NCBI GenBank assembly: GCA_038904395.1
Contig: JBCKKC010000003.1
Coordinates: 1,856 to 65,855, forward strand
DNA from: Acidimicrobiia bacterium
GTDB lineage: Bacteria > Actinomycetota > Acidimicrobiia > UBA2766
Direction of reading: 5' to 3'
DNA: 64,000 nucleotides
Below, one piece after another: positions 24,792-34,542 of this stretch. Within the stretch, counting starts at the first letter, position 1; each line of letters opens with the position of its first letter. The translations under genes and the position numbers were made by a program. Below the pieces are notes generated by a model that was not told where the DNA came from, searched no databases, and saw only the letters and a list, made by a program, of their open reading frames with translations.

Positions 24792-25636
24792 TGATTGAAG
24801 CACAACGCATTTACCAACCCTCAACTCCGGTTATGGCGCCCTCGGGAGCTGTAACCGGAGTGCCAGCAAGCAACCCGGTTACGACGAGACCAGCCATCTC
24901 TATCAATGGTGTCACCAAGAGATACGGTGACGGATCCAATGCACTGCTGGCCCTTGACAACCTGACGTTACAGGTGGGTGAGGGCGAGTTCCTTTGTATG
25001 GTAGGAGCTTCGGGCTGTGGCAAAAGCACACTGCTCAAACTCCTCGTTGGCCTCTACAAGCTGGACCAAGGCACGATAGATGTCGGCGATCACAATACTG
25101 CCCTCATGTTCCAAGAATCGGCCTTGTTCCCATGGCTCACCGTCGAAAAGAACATAGAAATGGCTATGCGATTTCGAAGGGCGAAGGTGCCGCGCAGGCA
25201 GCGCAGGGAAAAAGTTGAAGAACTCTTAGACCTTGTCTACCTGTCGGGATTCGGCAAGAAACGTCCGCACGAACTGTCAGGTGGCATGCGCCAACGAGTG
25301 GCGATTGCCAGAGCCTTGGCCCAAGAAGCCAACATCCTGTTGATGGATGAGCCATTCGCTTCTCTCGATGCCATGACCCGCGACGTATTGCACGACGAGC
25401 TCGAACGCATCTGGTCCCAAACCGGCATGACGATCATGTTTGTCACCCACGACGTGCGCGAGGCAGTTCGCCTTGGCGATCGTGTGGTTCTGTTATCGAG
25501 CCGTCCTGGTCGGGTCGTGGCCGAGTTTCCCGTCGACATCGCCCGACCGCGCAACATCGAATCGAACGAGGTGGCAGAGCTGTCCGCCACAATCACAGCG
25601 GGCTTGCGCAAGGAGGTAAGGCGCCATGGCGTATAA
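24791..25636 (+). CDS. ABC transporter ATP-binding protein (NitT/TauT family)
   Basis: Walker A GASGCGKST, signature LSGGMRQRVAIARAL and Walker B LLMDEPF. The GTG start overlaps the upstream stop by 1 nt. Confidence 0.9.
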   Translation: MIEAQRIYQPSTPVMAPSGAVTGVPASNPVTTRPAISINGVTKRYGDGSNALLALDNLTLQVGEGEFLCMVGASGCGKSTLLKLLVGLYKLDQGTIDVGDHNTALMFQESALFPWLTVEKNIEMAMRFRRAKVPRRQRREKVEELLDLVYLSGFGKKRPHELSGGMRQRVAIARALAQEANILLMDEPFASLDAMTRDVLHDELERIWSQTGMTIMFVTHDVREAVRLGDRVVLLSSRPGRVVAEFPVDIARPRNIESNEVAELSATITAGLRKEVRRHGV

Positions 25637-26672
25637 CACGACATCGACTAGCAATCCCGGCGGCCCAAAGCTGGACAGGGCGTCCGGGTCCGGACCCGGA
25701 CCCGGTAACGATACTGGGAACGCTGAAGGACCGGCGTCACCCACGACCGTTCTGACCCGTGAGCCTGACCTGATGACCGGAACAAATGTGACCAACCTGC
25801 CAAAAGGCAGAGACCAGCTCCAGCAGGAGCTTTCAGGACTCGATTCACTTGTTGCGCCCAAGCCCACAGCCACCGGCCATCACAGACGAATCACCAAGCT
25901 CTGGCAAGCAACCTGGCCCAAACTGGCCGCGATTGCGTTCGTCTTGACGGCCTGGCAGCTCGTCGTATGGTCAGGCTGGCGACCCACTTACGTCTTTCCC
26001 GGACCGACCGAAGTCTTCTCTGAGTTCTGGAACCAAATCCTCACCCTAGATATGGCCAAAGCTGTTGGTCACACTCTGCAGCGGGCAGCCCTTGGGTTCA
26101 CCCTCGCTGTAGCAGTCGGTACTGTTCTTGGACTGGCCGTGTCGCGCAGCCGCATTATCCGTACAGCATTTGGGTCGCTACTCACCGGATTGCAAAGCAT
26201 GCCATCGATAGCCTGGTTCCCTTTGGCAATTCTGTTTTTCCAATTGAGCGAGTCGGCGATCCTGTTCGTTGTTGTTTTGGGTGCCGCCCCATCTGTCGCC
26301 AACGGCTTGATCACCGGAGTCGACCACACTCCCCCACTCCTCCTGAATGCCGGCAAAGTCTTGGGCGCCAAGGGCTTGAAGGCACTTCGCCATGTGGTGA
26401 TCCCGGCCGCTCTGCCTGGTTACGTGGGCGGACTCAAACAAGGCTGGGCCTTCGCGTGGCGGAGCTTGATGGCAGGCGAGCTGCTGGTAATCATTGCCAG
26501 CAAGCCCTCAATTGGCGTGCGCCTCCAATTCGCCAGAGAAATGTCCGACGCCTCAGGCCTCATGGTGATGATGATCGTAATCCTCATGATTGGCATCTTG
26601 GTTGACTCACTGGTCTTTGGCACGGTCGAGCGCAGCGTGCGCCGCCGCCGTGGCCTCATCGACACAATCTAA
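25626..26672 (+). CDS. ABC transporter permease (NitT/TauT family) with ~90-aa low-complexity N-terminal extension
   Basis: Multi-TM C-terminal 250 aa with an EAA-like loop (NAGKVLGAKGLKALRHVVIPAALP). Overlaps the ATPase gene by 11 nt. Confidence 0.85.
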   Translation: MAYNTTSTSNPGGPKLDRASGSGPGPGNDTGNAEGPASPTTVLTREPDLMTGTNVTNLPKGRDQLQQELSGLDSLVAPKPTATGHHRRITKLWQATWPKLAAIAFVLTAWQLVVWSGWRPTYVFPGPTEVFSEFWNQILTLDMAKAVGHTLQRAALGFTLAVAVGTVLGLAVSRSRIIRTAFGSLLTGLQSMPSIAWFPLAILFFQLSESAILFVVVLGAAPSVANGLITGVDHTPPLLLNAGKVLGAKGLKALRHVVIPAALPGYVGGLKQGWAFAWRSLMAGELLVIIASKPSIGVRLQFAREMSDASGLMVMMIVILMIGILVDSLVFGTVERSVRRRRGLIDTI

Positions 26673-26700
26673 TTGAGAACAACCTGGTAGACAGCCGAGA

Positions 26701-27726
26701 CTAGATCTCCGCTTGGATGACGAAAAAACTACCAAAACTCTCGGGATTCAGGAGAGCCTGGATTTCGGTTAGTTCGCTTTTCGCTTGGAGTTGGGTCATC
26801 ACGTCTTGGCGCTGGGCTGCCGCCCTGGCCTCTTCGCTTGCCTTGGCCTTGATATCGTCAATTCCGTTGGCCTTAAGCCAGCCGGCTTGGGTCGTCACGT
26901 CCGTGGTCCAGCCATTGTCCTGGAGCCAATTGGTAATGATGTCATGAGGGACATCGCACGTGATGTCTGCACTACCCTGTGGCGTTCGGAATGGGTCAAC
27001 CCGTTGATGCCCTCTGTAGGCTCGCACCGGCCAGTCCGACCTGGCTGCCAATTCGGCGGCCGTGGCACCGTAGTCCACAATGGTTAACAATGCTGGTCGC
27101 TCAACGTGCTGGGTGAGAGTTTCAATCCACTTTTTGGCGACGATAGGGATTGGTAGAATCCCAGCTGCATCTGGCGGCAATGTTGGCGGATACCAACGTT
27201 CGCCGCACTCGCGCAGCTCCCCCTCTACCGGGACCTGCTCCGGCCGGAGGGTCAACCCGCCGGTTGGCGAGTCCTCAGACAAAACAACCACTTCTGCGTC
27301 ACGCGCCGCGAGTAATCGTGCCGGCATGTTATCAATGAGCTCATGAGCCACAATTACGTTGGGGCACCAGGGCAGATCCTCAAGTAACAGCGCAGCCTGA
27401 AGTCCCCTCTGGCTGGCTAACTCCCTGGCCTGAGGCGACACGTCGACAACAACCCCTTCGAAGATATCTCCCTGGGGAATCATCTCACTCGCATGCCCCA
27501 GCAGCGCGCCCCGGCCTCCACCCACGTCAGCCAACCGGATCTCATTGACCCCAACCTGATCTCGCCACTCCTCAATCGACCGAACCAAACAGCGAGCAAA
27601 CACTGACCCCAATTCAACGGAGGTCACATAGTCTCGATCGCCCCCAGCCCCCGTCCCCTCCCGCATGTAGTAACCCTCGCGCCCATACAACGCCCGCTGC
27701 ATAAACTGTGCAAAGTCGGTCCTCAA
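26701..27726 (-). CDS. SAM-dependent methyltransferase, MidA/NDUFAF7 family (Methyltransf_28-like)
   Basis: FAQFMQRALYGREGYY...GDRDYVTSVELGSVFARCL...W....LADVGGGRGAL matches the MidA-family N-terminal pattern (F..FM...LY...GYY, D[FY].T..E....F, G.G.G). Confidence 0.7.
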   Translation of the reverse strand: MRTDFAQFMQRALYGREGYYMREGTGAGGDRDYVTSVELGSVFARCLVRSIEEWRDQVGVNEIRLADVGGGRGALLGHASEMIPQGDIFEGVVVDVSPQARELASQRGLQAALLLEDLPWCPNVIVAHELIDNMPARLLAARDAEVVVLSEDSPTGGLTLRPEQVPVEGELRECGERWYPPTLPPDAAGILPIPIVAKKWIETLTQHVERPALLTIVDYGATAAELAARSDWPVRAYRGHQRVDPFRTPQGSADITCDVPHDIITNWLQDNGWTTDVTTQAGWLKANGIDDIKAKASEEARAAAQRQDVMTQLQAKSELTEIQALLNPESFGSFFVIQAEI

Positions 27727-28340
27727 TTCGCTGTCTCCCAGGGAGCAGCTCCGGCCAAGGTGATGGCCTCTGCGTGCAGGGAGTCTACGAGAGGCGAGCC
27801 AGCTGAAATCAGCTCGCCAAATTCGCTTACGCTGTATTGAATAACGTCTGCTTCATTTCCTGACCAAGATCTAATCCGCTCCGACAGCATGTCCACTTGC
27901 TGGTACCATTTTTCACTCTCGAACTCGATATCGTCTGATCGCAGAACAACTAGATCGACATCGCTAGCAGAAGTCCCATCCCCCCTTGCAGTTGATCCAA
28001 ACACGGCCACCCAGATAGGTGCAAGAGGCCACGACTGAACTACTTCGGAGATTCGTCGATACAATTCTTGTCGAAGATCGGCCAATTCTTCAATTGCCGC
28101 CGCTGCCAAATGGTCTCTATTGAGGGAAAATAGAGCTGCCGGCGGAATGTCCTCTCGTACGACGATTCCCTCGCCAACCATCTCGTTGAGAGCGTTCAAG
28201 ACACCCTTCTGACTGGCCCGGTCTCCGAGTATCCGTGCAACCTCGCGTCCAGTCAGTGGCGACCGCGACCGACTCAAGACAGCCAACGCTGGTCCCCGAA
28301 CGGTATTGACAACTGAGCGAATCGGAAAGACAAGGTCCAT
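27723..28340 (-). CDS. Winged-HTH + minimal nucleotidyltransferase (MNT-like) protein
   Basis: N-terminal wHTH (LTGREVARILG...VLNALNEMVGEGIV). NTase motif VFGSTARGDGTSASDVDLVVL. Its stop overlaps the methyltransferase start by 4 nt. Confidence 0.75.
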   Translation of the reverse strand: MDLVFPIRSVVNTVRGPALAVLSRSRSPLTGREVARILGDRASQKGVLNALNEMVGEGIVVREDIPPAALFSLNRDHLAAAAIEELADLRQELYRRISEVVQSWPLAPIWVAVFGSTARGDGTSASDVDLVVLRSDDIEFESEKWYQQVDMLSERIRSWSGNEADVIQYSVSEFGELISAGSPLVDSLHAEAITLAGAAPWETAN

Positions 28341-28470
28341 ATGAGTACCATACTACTCACTTGAGCACTATAGTACTCATGCACAGAAGCAGAGCTTGGA
28401 ATTCTGGGCTAGGCGCAATTCCAGTTGCTCCGTGGCCCACTCGGCCCCAACCCCCTTACGACGCCAGCAT

Positions 28471-28752
28471 CTAAAGCTTGGAGGGTGCTGCTAGATACAT
28501 GTGGAGGGCTCGCCTGATTAGGTCGCTTTGAGAAGTCTTCTCGGCTTTGGCTTGTTTCAGAAGCGCCTTGCGTAAATCCGGATCTAACCGAACAGGAACC
28601 ACTTGGCTTGGTCCTGATCCTATGAGAGGGCGACCCCCACGTCGTCGCAGCTCCTTGACGTCATAGCCGGCTTCGGCCTCGTCAGCCAGCTTCTCAATAT
28701 CCGAGTCGGTAAGCACTGCCCCCTTTGCCGTCCGGTAAGTTCTCTTCTTCAT
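28471..28752 (-). CDS. Ribbon-helix-helix (CopG-like) antitoxin-type protein, orphan
   Basis: The start at 28752 is preceded by ggagaggggaag. The C-terminal VVPVRLDPDLRKALLKQAKAEKTSQSDLIRRALHMYL is an RHH fold signature. The longer ORF-track start (28824) lacks an SD. Confidence 0.65.
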   Translation of the reverse strand: MKKRTYRTAKGAVLTDSDIEKLADEAEAGYDVKELRRRGGRPLIGSGPSQVVPVRLDPDLRKALLKQAKAEKTSQSDLIRRALHMYLAAPSKL

Positions 28753-28840
28753 TTTTCTTCCCCTCTCCATCATAGGAGGTCCATGTATTTCAACATAATC
28801 CAATTGTAATACACAACCTGACAAACCGCCGACAATACGG

Positions 28841-30334
28841 CTATCGGGCGACGAGGGTGGCGACTTCGGAGAAGTAGGTGAGGACGGGGGTGATGCCTCC
28901 GACGATTACCAGGATCGAGAGGGCGCTTAGAGCGACGGCGATAGGGGGCGGCACTAGGGCCAGTCCGCTAGTGGACTCGGCTTCTAGATGGGCGAACTCT
29001 GGGGCGGGCTCATCGAAGAACATGCGCCGCACAACGCTCATGTAATAGAAGGCAGCTATCACGGAGTTGACAGCAACAACGCCGGCTAATACCCATGACC
29101 AGGTTGACCCCTGAGCGGCGAGGGCTTTGAAGACTTGGAACTTGCCCAACCATCCGGCGAGGGGCGGAATACCGGTGAGTGAAGCCATGAACAGGGTCAT
29201 CATGACAGCGAGCACGGGCATCGACTTGTACAGACCCTTATAGGAATCCAGACTGCCCGACTTGGTGCGGCGAGCCACAGCAATCACAACGCCGAACGCG
29301 CCCAGATTCATTACCCCATATACAAGCAAGTAGATAACAGCGGCTTGCAAGGCGTTGGCGGTGGCGGCGGGACTCTCGCCCACAACTGCAAAGGGTGCCA
29401 AGATATAGCCGGACTGGGCAATCGACGAATAAGCCAAGAAGCGGACGATGTTGGTTTGGCGCAGAGCGATGAGGTTTCCGACGGTCATGGTGAGAGCCGA
29501 GAGGACCCACATCATCGGACGCCAGATAGCCCCATTGCCGGCAAAGCCCACGTACATGAGCATGATGAGACCAACGAAACCGGCAGCTTTGACCGACACC
29601 GAAAAGAAAGCCGTGATTGGCAGGGGCGCTCCCTCATAAACATCGGGGGCCCAAAAATGAAACGGTACGGCCGAGACTTTGAAAGAGAAGCCGACCAGGA
29701 TCAGCACGATTGACAAAGCAACCATCGGTTCTGCCACTCCACCACTTTGGCGGGCGAGCGCAAATGCGATCTCGGTGAACTTGGTCGATGCTGTGATGCC
29801 GAACACGAGCGACATCCCGTAGAGCATGATTGCCGTCGACAGCACACCCAGCAAGAAGTACTTCATGCCTGCTTCATTCGAGCGCAACGAGCGCTTGTTC
29901 CAGGTGGCCAGCATGTATCCGGGTGCCGAGAACAATTCAAATGCGATCAGCAGCACCACCAGGTCCCGCGCCGATGACACCAAGAACATGCCCACAATCG
30001 AGGCCACCAAAAGGAAATAGAACTCGCCCCGGTAGAAGGCGCCTTCTTCGATCATGTTGACCGACAAGAACAACACGACATAGCCAGTCAGCACGAAAAA
30101 ACCCTTCAGGACAAGGGCGAACGGGTCAACAACGTAGCTACCTCCGAAGAGGCTGCGCGCCTCGCCCGAAGCCCCCAAGGTGAGCAGAGGCACAGCACTG
30201 AGCAAGAGACCAAAGGCCGCAATTCCAGCGAGGGTCCACTTGGACCGGCTCGGCAGCACGAGGTCAACCAGCAGCAACAGCATCATGAGCGCTGCGAGAA
30301 TTATCTCTGGGGCGAGAGCGTGCCAATCGATCAT
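28841..30334 (-). CDS. nuoN: NADH-quinone oxidoreductase subunit N (operon 1)
   Basis: 497-aa polytopic antiporter-like subunit. Last gene of operon 1. Paralogous to 45363..46907. Confidence 0.9.
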   Translation of the reverse strand: MIDWHALAPEIILAALMMLLLLVDLVLPSRSKWTLAGIAAFGLLLSAVPLLTLGASGEARSLFGGSYVVDPFALVLKGFFVLTGYVVLFLSVNMIEEGAFYRGEFYFLLVASIVGMFLVSSARDLVVLLIAFELFSAPGYMLATWNKRSLRSNEAGMKYFLLGVLSTAIMLYGMSLVFGITASTKFTEIAFALARQSGGVAEPMVALSIVLILVGFSFKVSAVPFHFWAPDVYEGAPLPITAFFSVSVKAAGFVGLIMLMYVGFAGNGAIWRPMMWVLSALTMTVGNLIALRQTNIVRFLAYSSIAQSGYILAPFAVVGESPAATANALQAAVIYLLVYGVMNLGAFGVVIAVARRTKSGSLDSYKGLYKSMPVLAVMMTLFMASLTGIPPLAGWLGKFQVFKALAAQGSTWSWVLAGVVAVNSVIAAFYYMSVVRRMFFDEPAPEFAHLEAESTSGLALVPPPIAVALSALSILVIVGGITPVLTYFSEVATLVAR

Positions 30335-31848
30335 CCAAATATCCCTGTAAACATTGGTGCTACCGCAGTGTTAGTCACGTTCATGACTAAGCCCGGGAAG
30401 ACTCCCAGCGCCACCGTCATGATGATCAACGGTGTCCAGGCTGCATACTCAAACGGATTAACGTCGTGCAAGGTCACGCCCTGCCAACGCTCCGGAATCG
30501 GACCTTGAGCGACTCGCTGCAACATCCACAGCAGGTAGCCCGCCGTCAGCACCGTGCCTACGGCTGCTGCAACCATGAGGCCACGGAAGAATCCAACATT
30601 GAGCCCTGGGGCCGGATTGAAGGCCGCCAACATCGACGTGAACTCGCCCGGAAAACCGGCCAGAGCGGGCAGCCCCAGCGACGCAAACGAGACAAACACT
30701 AACAGGCCACCCAACTTGGGCACCGAGTTGATCAGCCCGCCCAGCTTCGAAATTTCACGAGTGCCGTAGCGCTCTTGCACCGATCCGGCCAGGAAGAAGA
30801 GCATACCGGTCACGATTCCATGAGCGACCATGCCAAAAATGGCTGCGTTAATACCCACCGGTGTGAGAGTGGCAATACCCAGCATTATAAAGCCCATGTG
30901 GCCCACCGAGCTAAAGGCGATCAGGCGCTTGATATCGGTTTGGGCAAGACAGGCCAGCGAACCATAAATGATTCCAATCACGGCTAGTAGTCCAATCACA
31001 GGAGCCCACTTATGAGCAGCATCGGGCAGAATCGGCATGGCAATCCTGATGAAGCCATAGCTACCTAACTTCAAGAGGATGGCTGCCAACACAACCGAGC
31101 CCACCGTTGGCGCCTCGGTGTGGGCATCGGGTAACCAAGTGTGGAACGGCCACATCGGCACCTTGATAGCAAACCCTAAGAAGAGGCCGCCGAAGAGCCA
31201 CATGGCCGCCTGAAGCGGGATTCCCCGAGCCGCACTTTGTAACTCGACAATGTCAAACGTATTCGGGGTCGACAAAAAGAACAGCCCCATGAAGCTCACC
31301 AACATGAACGCGGAGCCGAAGAGCGTGAAGAGGAAGAACTTAATCGCCGCATATTGTCGCCGTGGCCCTCCCCAAATACCGATAATGAAGTACATGGGCA
31401 AGAGGACAATCTCGAAGAAGACAAAAAACAAGATCAGGTCAAGCGCAACGAACGTGCCCAACATGCCCGTCTCGAGCAGGAGCAACAAGAATAGGAACAT
31501 CTTCGGATTGTGTGGTTCCGGGAAGTGATGCCACGAATAGATAATGCACAGAATCGTGATCACGCCCGTGAGAACAAACATAGGCAACGAGATGCCATCC
31601 ATCCCTAGGTGATAGCGGGTGTGGATAGCCCTAATCCAGGGCAGATTGACGACGAACTGGAACCCTGAATCCGAATAGTGGAACCGACCCATAATGCCGA
31701 GCGTGACCACAAAGGCCGCTATGGCACTGAGGAGCGCAACCCACTTAATACCATTCTCTCGCTTCTTGGGCATGGCAAGAATGACGAGCGCACCAACGAT
31801 GGGCAAGAAGGTTGCTAACGTCAGCGCCCAATTATCAAACCATTCCAC
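30331..31848 (-). CDS. nuoM: NADH-quinone oxidoreductase subunit M (operon 1), GTG start
   Basis: Antiporter-like subunit with HTWLPDAHTEAPTVGSVVLA. Confidence 0.9.
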   Translation of the reverse strand: MEWFDNWALTLATFLPIVGALVILAMPKKRENGIKWVALLSAIAAFVVTLGIMGRFHYSDSGFQFVVNLPWIRAIHTRYHLGMDGISLPMFVLTGVITILCIIYSWHHFPEPHNPKMFLFLLLLLETGMLGTFVALDLILFFVFFEIVLLPMYFIIGIWGGPRRQYAAIKFFLFTLFGSAFMLVSFMGLFFLSTPNTFDIVELQSAARGIPLQAAMWLFGGLFLGFAIKVPMWPFHTWLPDAHTEAPTVGSVVLAAILLKLGSYGFIRIAMPILPDAAHKWAPVIGLLAVIGIIYGSLACLAQTDIKRLIAFSSVGHMGFIMLGIATLTPVGINAAIFGMVAHGIVTGMLFFLAGSVQERYGTREISKLGGLINSVPKLGGLLVFVSFASLGLPALAGFPGEFTSMLAAFNPAPGLNVGFFRGLMVAAAVGTVLTAGYLLWMLQRVAQGPIPERWQGVTLHDVNPFEYAAWTPLIIMTVALGVFPGLVMNVTNTAVAPMFTGIFG

Positions 31849-31870
31849 TGTTATTTCCCTTCGCTGAAAA

Positions 31871-32070
31871 TTGAATTGCTCGCGGAGCCTGTCCTGAGGA
31901 CGAGCGCCAGCGAGGACGTGAGGGCTCGCAAATGGATTCGGATTCCTGGATCCTCACGGTCGCCTGGCGGCTCCCTCAGGATGACGGAGGAGAGTGCTCG
32001 CTGCGCTCGCAACCGGGGGCACCCCGGTCGCCCCGACGGACTGGATTGCTTCGCTCCGCTCGCAATGACG
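31871..32070. repeat. MITE/BIME-like repeat copy R2 in the nuoL1-nuoM1 spacer
   Basis: Contains a degenerate B arm (gtcctgaggacgagcgccagcgaggacgtgagg), an inverted B arm (ggattcctggatcctcacggtcgcctggcggctccctcaggatgac) and an A arm (ctggattgcttcgctccgctcgcaatgacg). Confidence 0.85.
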
Positions 32071-32074
32071 GGGA

Positions 32075-34054
32075 TCATACAACTACCGCCAATACGACGC
32101 CAATCACACAGCTGGCGGCGAAAAGCACGCCAGCATATTGCTGGACTTGCCCTGTTTGCATGCGTCGCAAGAATCGTCCCGACTTGTTTGCTCCCGAAGC
32201 CGACTCGTTGTATGCAGTATCGATGACCTTCTGATCGATTGCGTATATGGCTAGCCCGGCTTTGACGGTGGCGGCCGCTGTGACGTTGAGGGTGGCATCG
32301 ATAATATTTTGGTTTGTCCAGTAGACGGCTTGGGCCAAGGGTTCCCGGATGAAGTAGACAATCGCCCCGTAGAGATGGTCGAGATAATACTTGTGGACCA
32401 GCACGTGGCGAATACGACGCAGGATGGCATAACGGTCGATGATGTCGCCGGGGGTCTTCTTCCACAGATAGATCCAGGTGGCAAGGAAAATACCGAGACC
32501 CGCTACCGCCACAGATGCAACCGCCAGAATTACGGTGCTCAAATCGAAGGCATGCTCACCGAGAGCGGGGAATTCCTTGACGACCTCATGCACGAGGTGT
32601 GGCTCAGCCCAGTGAGAAAAGACATTGAAGTCACCGGGCATGCCGAGGAATCCCACAAGGGCCGAGGGGATGGCCAGCAAGATCAGCGGTGTAGTCATCA
32701 AGGCTTCGGACTCGTGCGGGTGTCCGTCACCACGGTATTTGCCATGGAACACCATGTGAGTTGCCCGGAACATGTAGAACGCTGTCAGGAACGCCACCGA
32801 GAGTCCAATGGCCCAAACCCACTGATAGTTGTGGTGGAACGCTGCAGAGAGAATTTCGTCTTTGGAGAAGAAGCCGGCCAGCGGGAACACACCGCACAGA
32901 GCCAGGGTGCCGACCAGCCAAGTGCCGTAGGTCTTGCGCATCACGTGACGCAGTCCACCCATCTTGCGCATGTCTTGTTCGTGGACCGCATGAATTACAG
33001 ATCCAGACCCCAAGAAGAGCAAGGCCTTGAAGAAGGCATGCGTGAAGAGGTGGAACACGGCTGCGGGCCAGGCGCCCACTCCGATGGCGAAAACCATAAA
33101 CCCCAACTGGCTAATCGTTGAGTAGGCCAACACCTTCTTGATGTCGAATTGGACCAATGCCAACAGAGCGCCAATTATGGCCGTGATCGAGCCGATGATA
33201 ACGATCAAGTGCGGGGCGGCACCACTGATATCGAAGCCGACCACGAAGACCGGAAACATCCGGGCCAACAGATAGACCCCAGCCACAACCATGGTTGCAG
33301 CATGGATCAGTGCCGATACTGGAGTTGGACCCGCCATGGCATCGGGAAGCCACGTGTGCAACGGGAACTGGGCCGACTTTCCCATCGCCCCAATGAAGAG
33401 GCAGATCCCGGCAACCAACAAGATTGTGCCGGTGAATTCACCGGAAATGGCGGCCTCGTTGATCTCCTGAATGTTGAAGGTTCCGACCGCCCAAAAACAG
33501 ATAATCGTGCCAATCAGGAGACCGAGGTCACCGGTGCGAGTAGTCAGGAAGGCCTTAATACCAGCGCTCGAATTTGCTCGCTCTTCGAAGTAGTGCCCAA
33601 TCAGCAGGTAAGAGCAAAGGCCCATGATCTCCCAGCCGAAGATGGCCAGGAACAGCGAGTCGGCGACGATGAGCGTGAGCATGCCCGAGGTGAACAAGGA
33701 GAGGGTGGCAAAGTATTGCACATAACGGATCTCACCCCGCATGTAGGCAATCGAGTAAATCTGTACCATCAAGGAAATCGTCGTCACCACCACAGCCATA
33801 ACCGTGGTGAAACCGTCGATCGTGACCCCAACCCGCAGTGTGCCAGCGCCAAAGTTGAACCATTCCACAGACTGCAACACGTTGTCGTGGCCCATGGCGT
33901 TCTGAACGAATGCAACCATCGCCACGACCCACGAGAAGACCGCAGCCGGTATGGTCCAAACGTGCCCGCGCCCGCGGGTGACACTCTTGCCAAAGAAAAT
34001 GCAAAGCAAGAAAGCCAGAGCGTTGACAATGGGCAGAACCCATACGATGTTCAC
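32075..34054 (-). CDS. nuoL: NADH-quinone oxidoreductase subunit L (operon 1)
   Basis: 659 aa. Motifs WEIMGLCSYLLIGHYF and HTWLPDAMAGPTPVSALIHAATMVVAG. Confidence 0.92.
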   Translation of the reverse strand: MNIVWVLPIVNALAFLLCIFFGKSVTRGRGHVWTIPAAVFSWVVAMVAFVQNAMGHDNVLQSVEWFNFGAGTLRVGVTIDGFTTVMAVVVTTISLMVQIYSIAYMRGEIRYVQYFATLSLFTSGMLTLIVADSLFLAIFGWEIMGLCSYLLIGHYFEERANSSAGIKAFLTTRTGDLGLLIGTIICFWAVGTFNIQEINEAAISGEFTGTILLVAGICLFIGAMGKSAQFPLHTWLPDAMAGPTPVSALIHAATMVVAGVYLLARMFPVFVVGFDISGAAPHLIVIIGSITAIIGALLALVQFDIKKVLAYSTISQLGFMVFAIGVGAWPAAVFHLFTHAFFKALLFLGSGSVIHAVHEQDMRKMGGLRHVMRKTYGTWLVGTLALCGVFPLAGFFSKDEILSAAFHHNYQWVWAIGLSVAFLTAFYMFRATHMVFHGKYRGDGHPHESEALMTTPLILLAIPSALVGFLGMPGDFNVFSHWAEPHLVHEVVKEFPALGEHAFDLSTVILAVASVAVAGLGIFLATWIYLWKKTPGDIIDRYAILRRIRHVLVHKYYLDHLYGAIVYFIREPLAQAVYWTNQNIIDATLNVTAAATVKAGLAIYAIDQKVIDTAYNESASGANKSGRFLRRMQTGQVQQYAGVLFAASCVIGVVLAVVV

Positions 34055-34058
34055 AGCC

Positions 34059-34367
34059 TCAACCCTTTAGCATGTCGACTTCGTCAACGTTAACGCTGAC
34101 CCGGTTACGGAAAATAAGGAGCACGATGGCCAGGCCAATCCCTACCTCGGCAGCTGCCAGAGTAATGACGAAGAGGGCAAAGATCTGGCCGGTGATAGTC
34201 CCTAAGAAGGCGCCGAACGCGACGAGGTTGATCGTGACGGCGTTGACCATGAGCTCAACCGACATGAGAATCAGCACAGCATTGCGCCTCGCCAGCACAC
34301 CATATATGCCCAGACAGAACAGGGCCGCCGAGAGGATCAAGAACAGGTTTAACTTCATTGGAACCAT
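34059..34367 (-). CDS. nuoK: NADH-quinone oxidoreductase subunit K (operon 1); native start probably ATG 34358
   Basis: ~100-aa three-TM protein ([18 protein letters not shown]...[12 protein letters not shown]). The first three codons (MVP) lie inside repeat copy R3. Confidence 0.9.
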   Translation of the reverse strand: MVPMKLNLFLILSAALFCLGIYGVLARRNAVLILMSVELMVNAVTINLVAFGAFLGTITGQIFALFVITLAAAEVGIGLAIVLLIFRNRVSVNVDEVDMLKG

Positions 34368-34542
34368 TCACCGCCAATCGGGCAGATGGTCGGTAACAGG
34401 CTTTCTCCGTCATTGCGAGGAGCCGGCTTTGGGGCGACGTGGCAACCTAGTCCGAAACCTGAGTCTTCGTGGCGTGAGTCACGGACTAGATTGCTTCGCT
34501 GCGCTCGCAACGACGGAAGGGGAGGACCTGGATGGTTACATA
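34361..34542. repeat. MITE/BIME-like repeat copy R3 in the nuoJ1-nuoK1 junction
   Basis: A arms cgtcattgcgaggagccggctttggggcgacgtggcaacctag and ctagattgcttcgctgcgctcgcaacgacg. Termini gaaccattcac and ggatggttac. Flanked by the direct repeat tcattg (34355-34360 and 34543-34548). Confidence 0.85.

Noticed and set aside
31851-32465. ORFs that translate the repeat family, with recurring peptides such as VILREPLGDREDPGI, LRSARNDG and HCEEPALG: 31851..32465, 31876..32226, 31932..32234, 34355..34546, 34386..34571, 48661..48879, 48665..48919, 50716..50988, 50789..51082, 52194..52445, 6505..6741 and 6510..6770
   Set aside because: The same DNA modules occur in both orientations and in different frames at each site. 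The similar peptides are therefore a by-product of repeated DNA, not conserved proteins. No SD or consistent start is present.
32309-34093. Long antisense ORFs inside nuo genes (32309..33121, 33149..34093, 36190..36801, 47588..48130, 54783..55487, 58469..59122, 57213..57707)
   Set aside because: The opposite strand encodes highly recognisable complex I subunits across the full length. The antisense products are low-complexity, His/Arg/Gln-rich sequences with no motifs.
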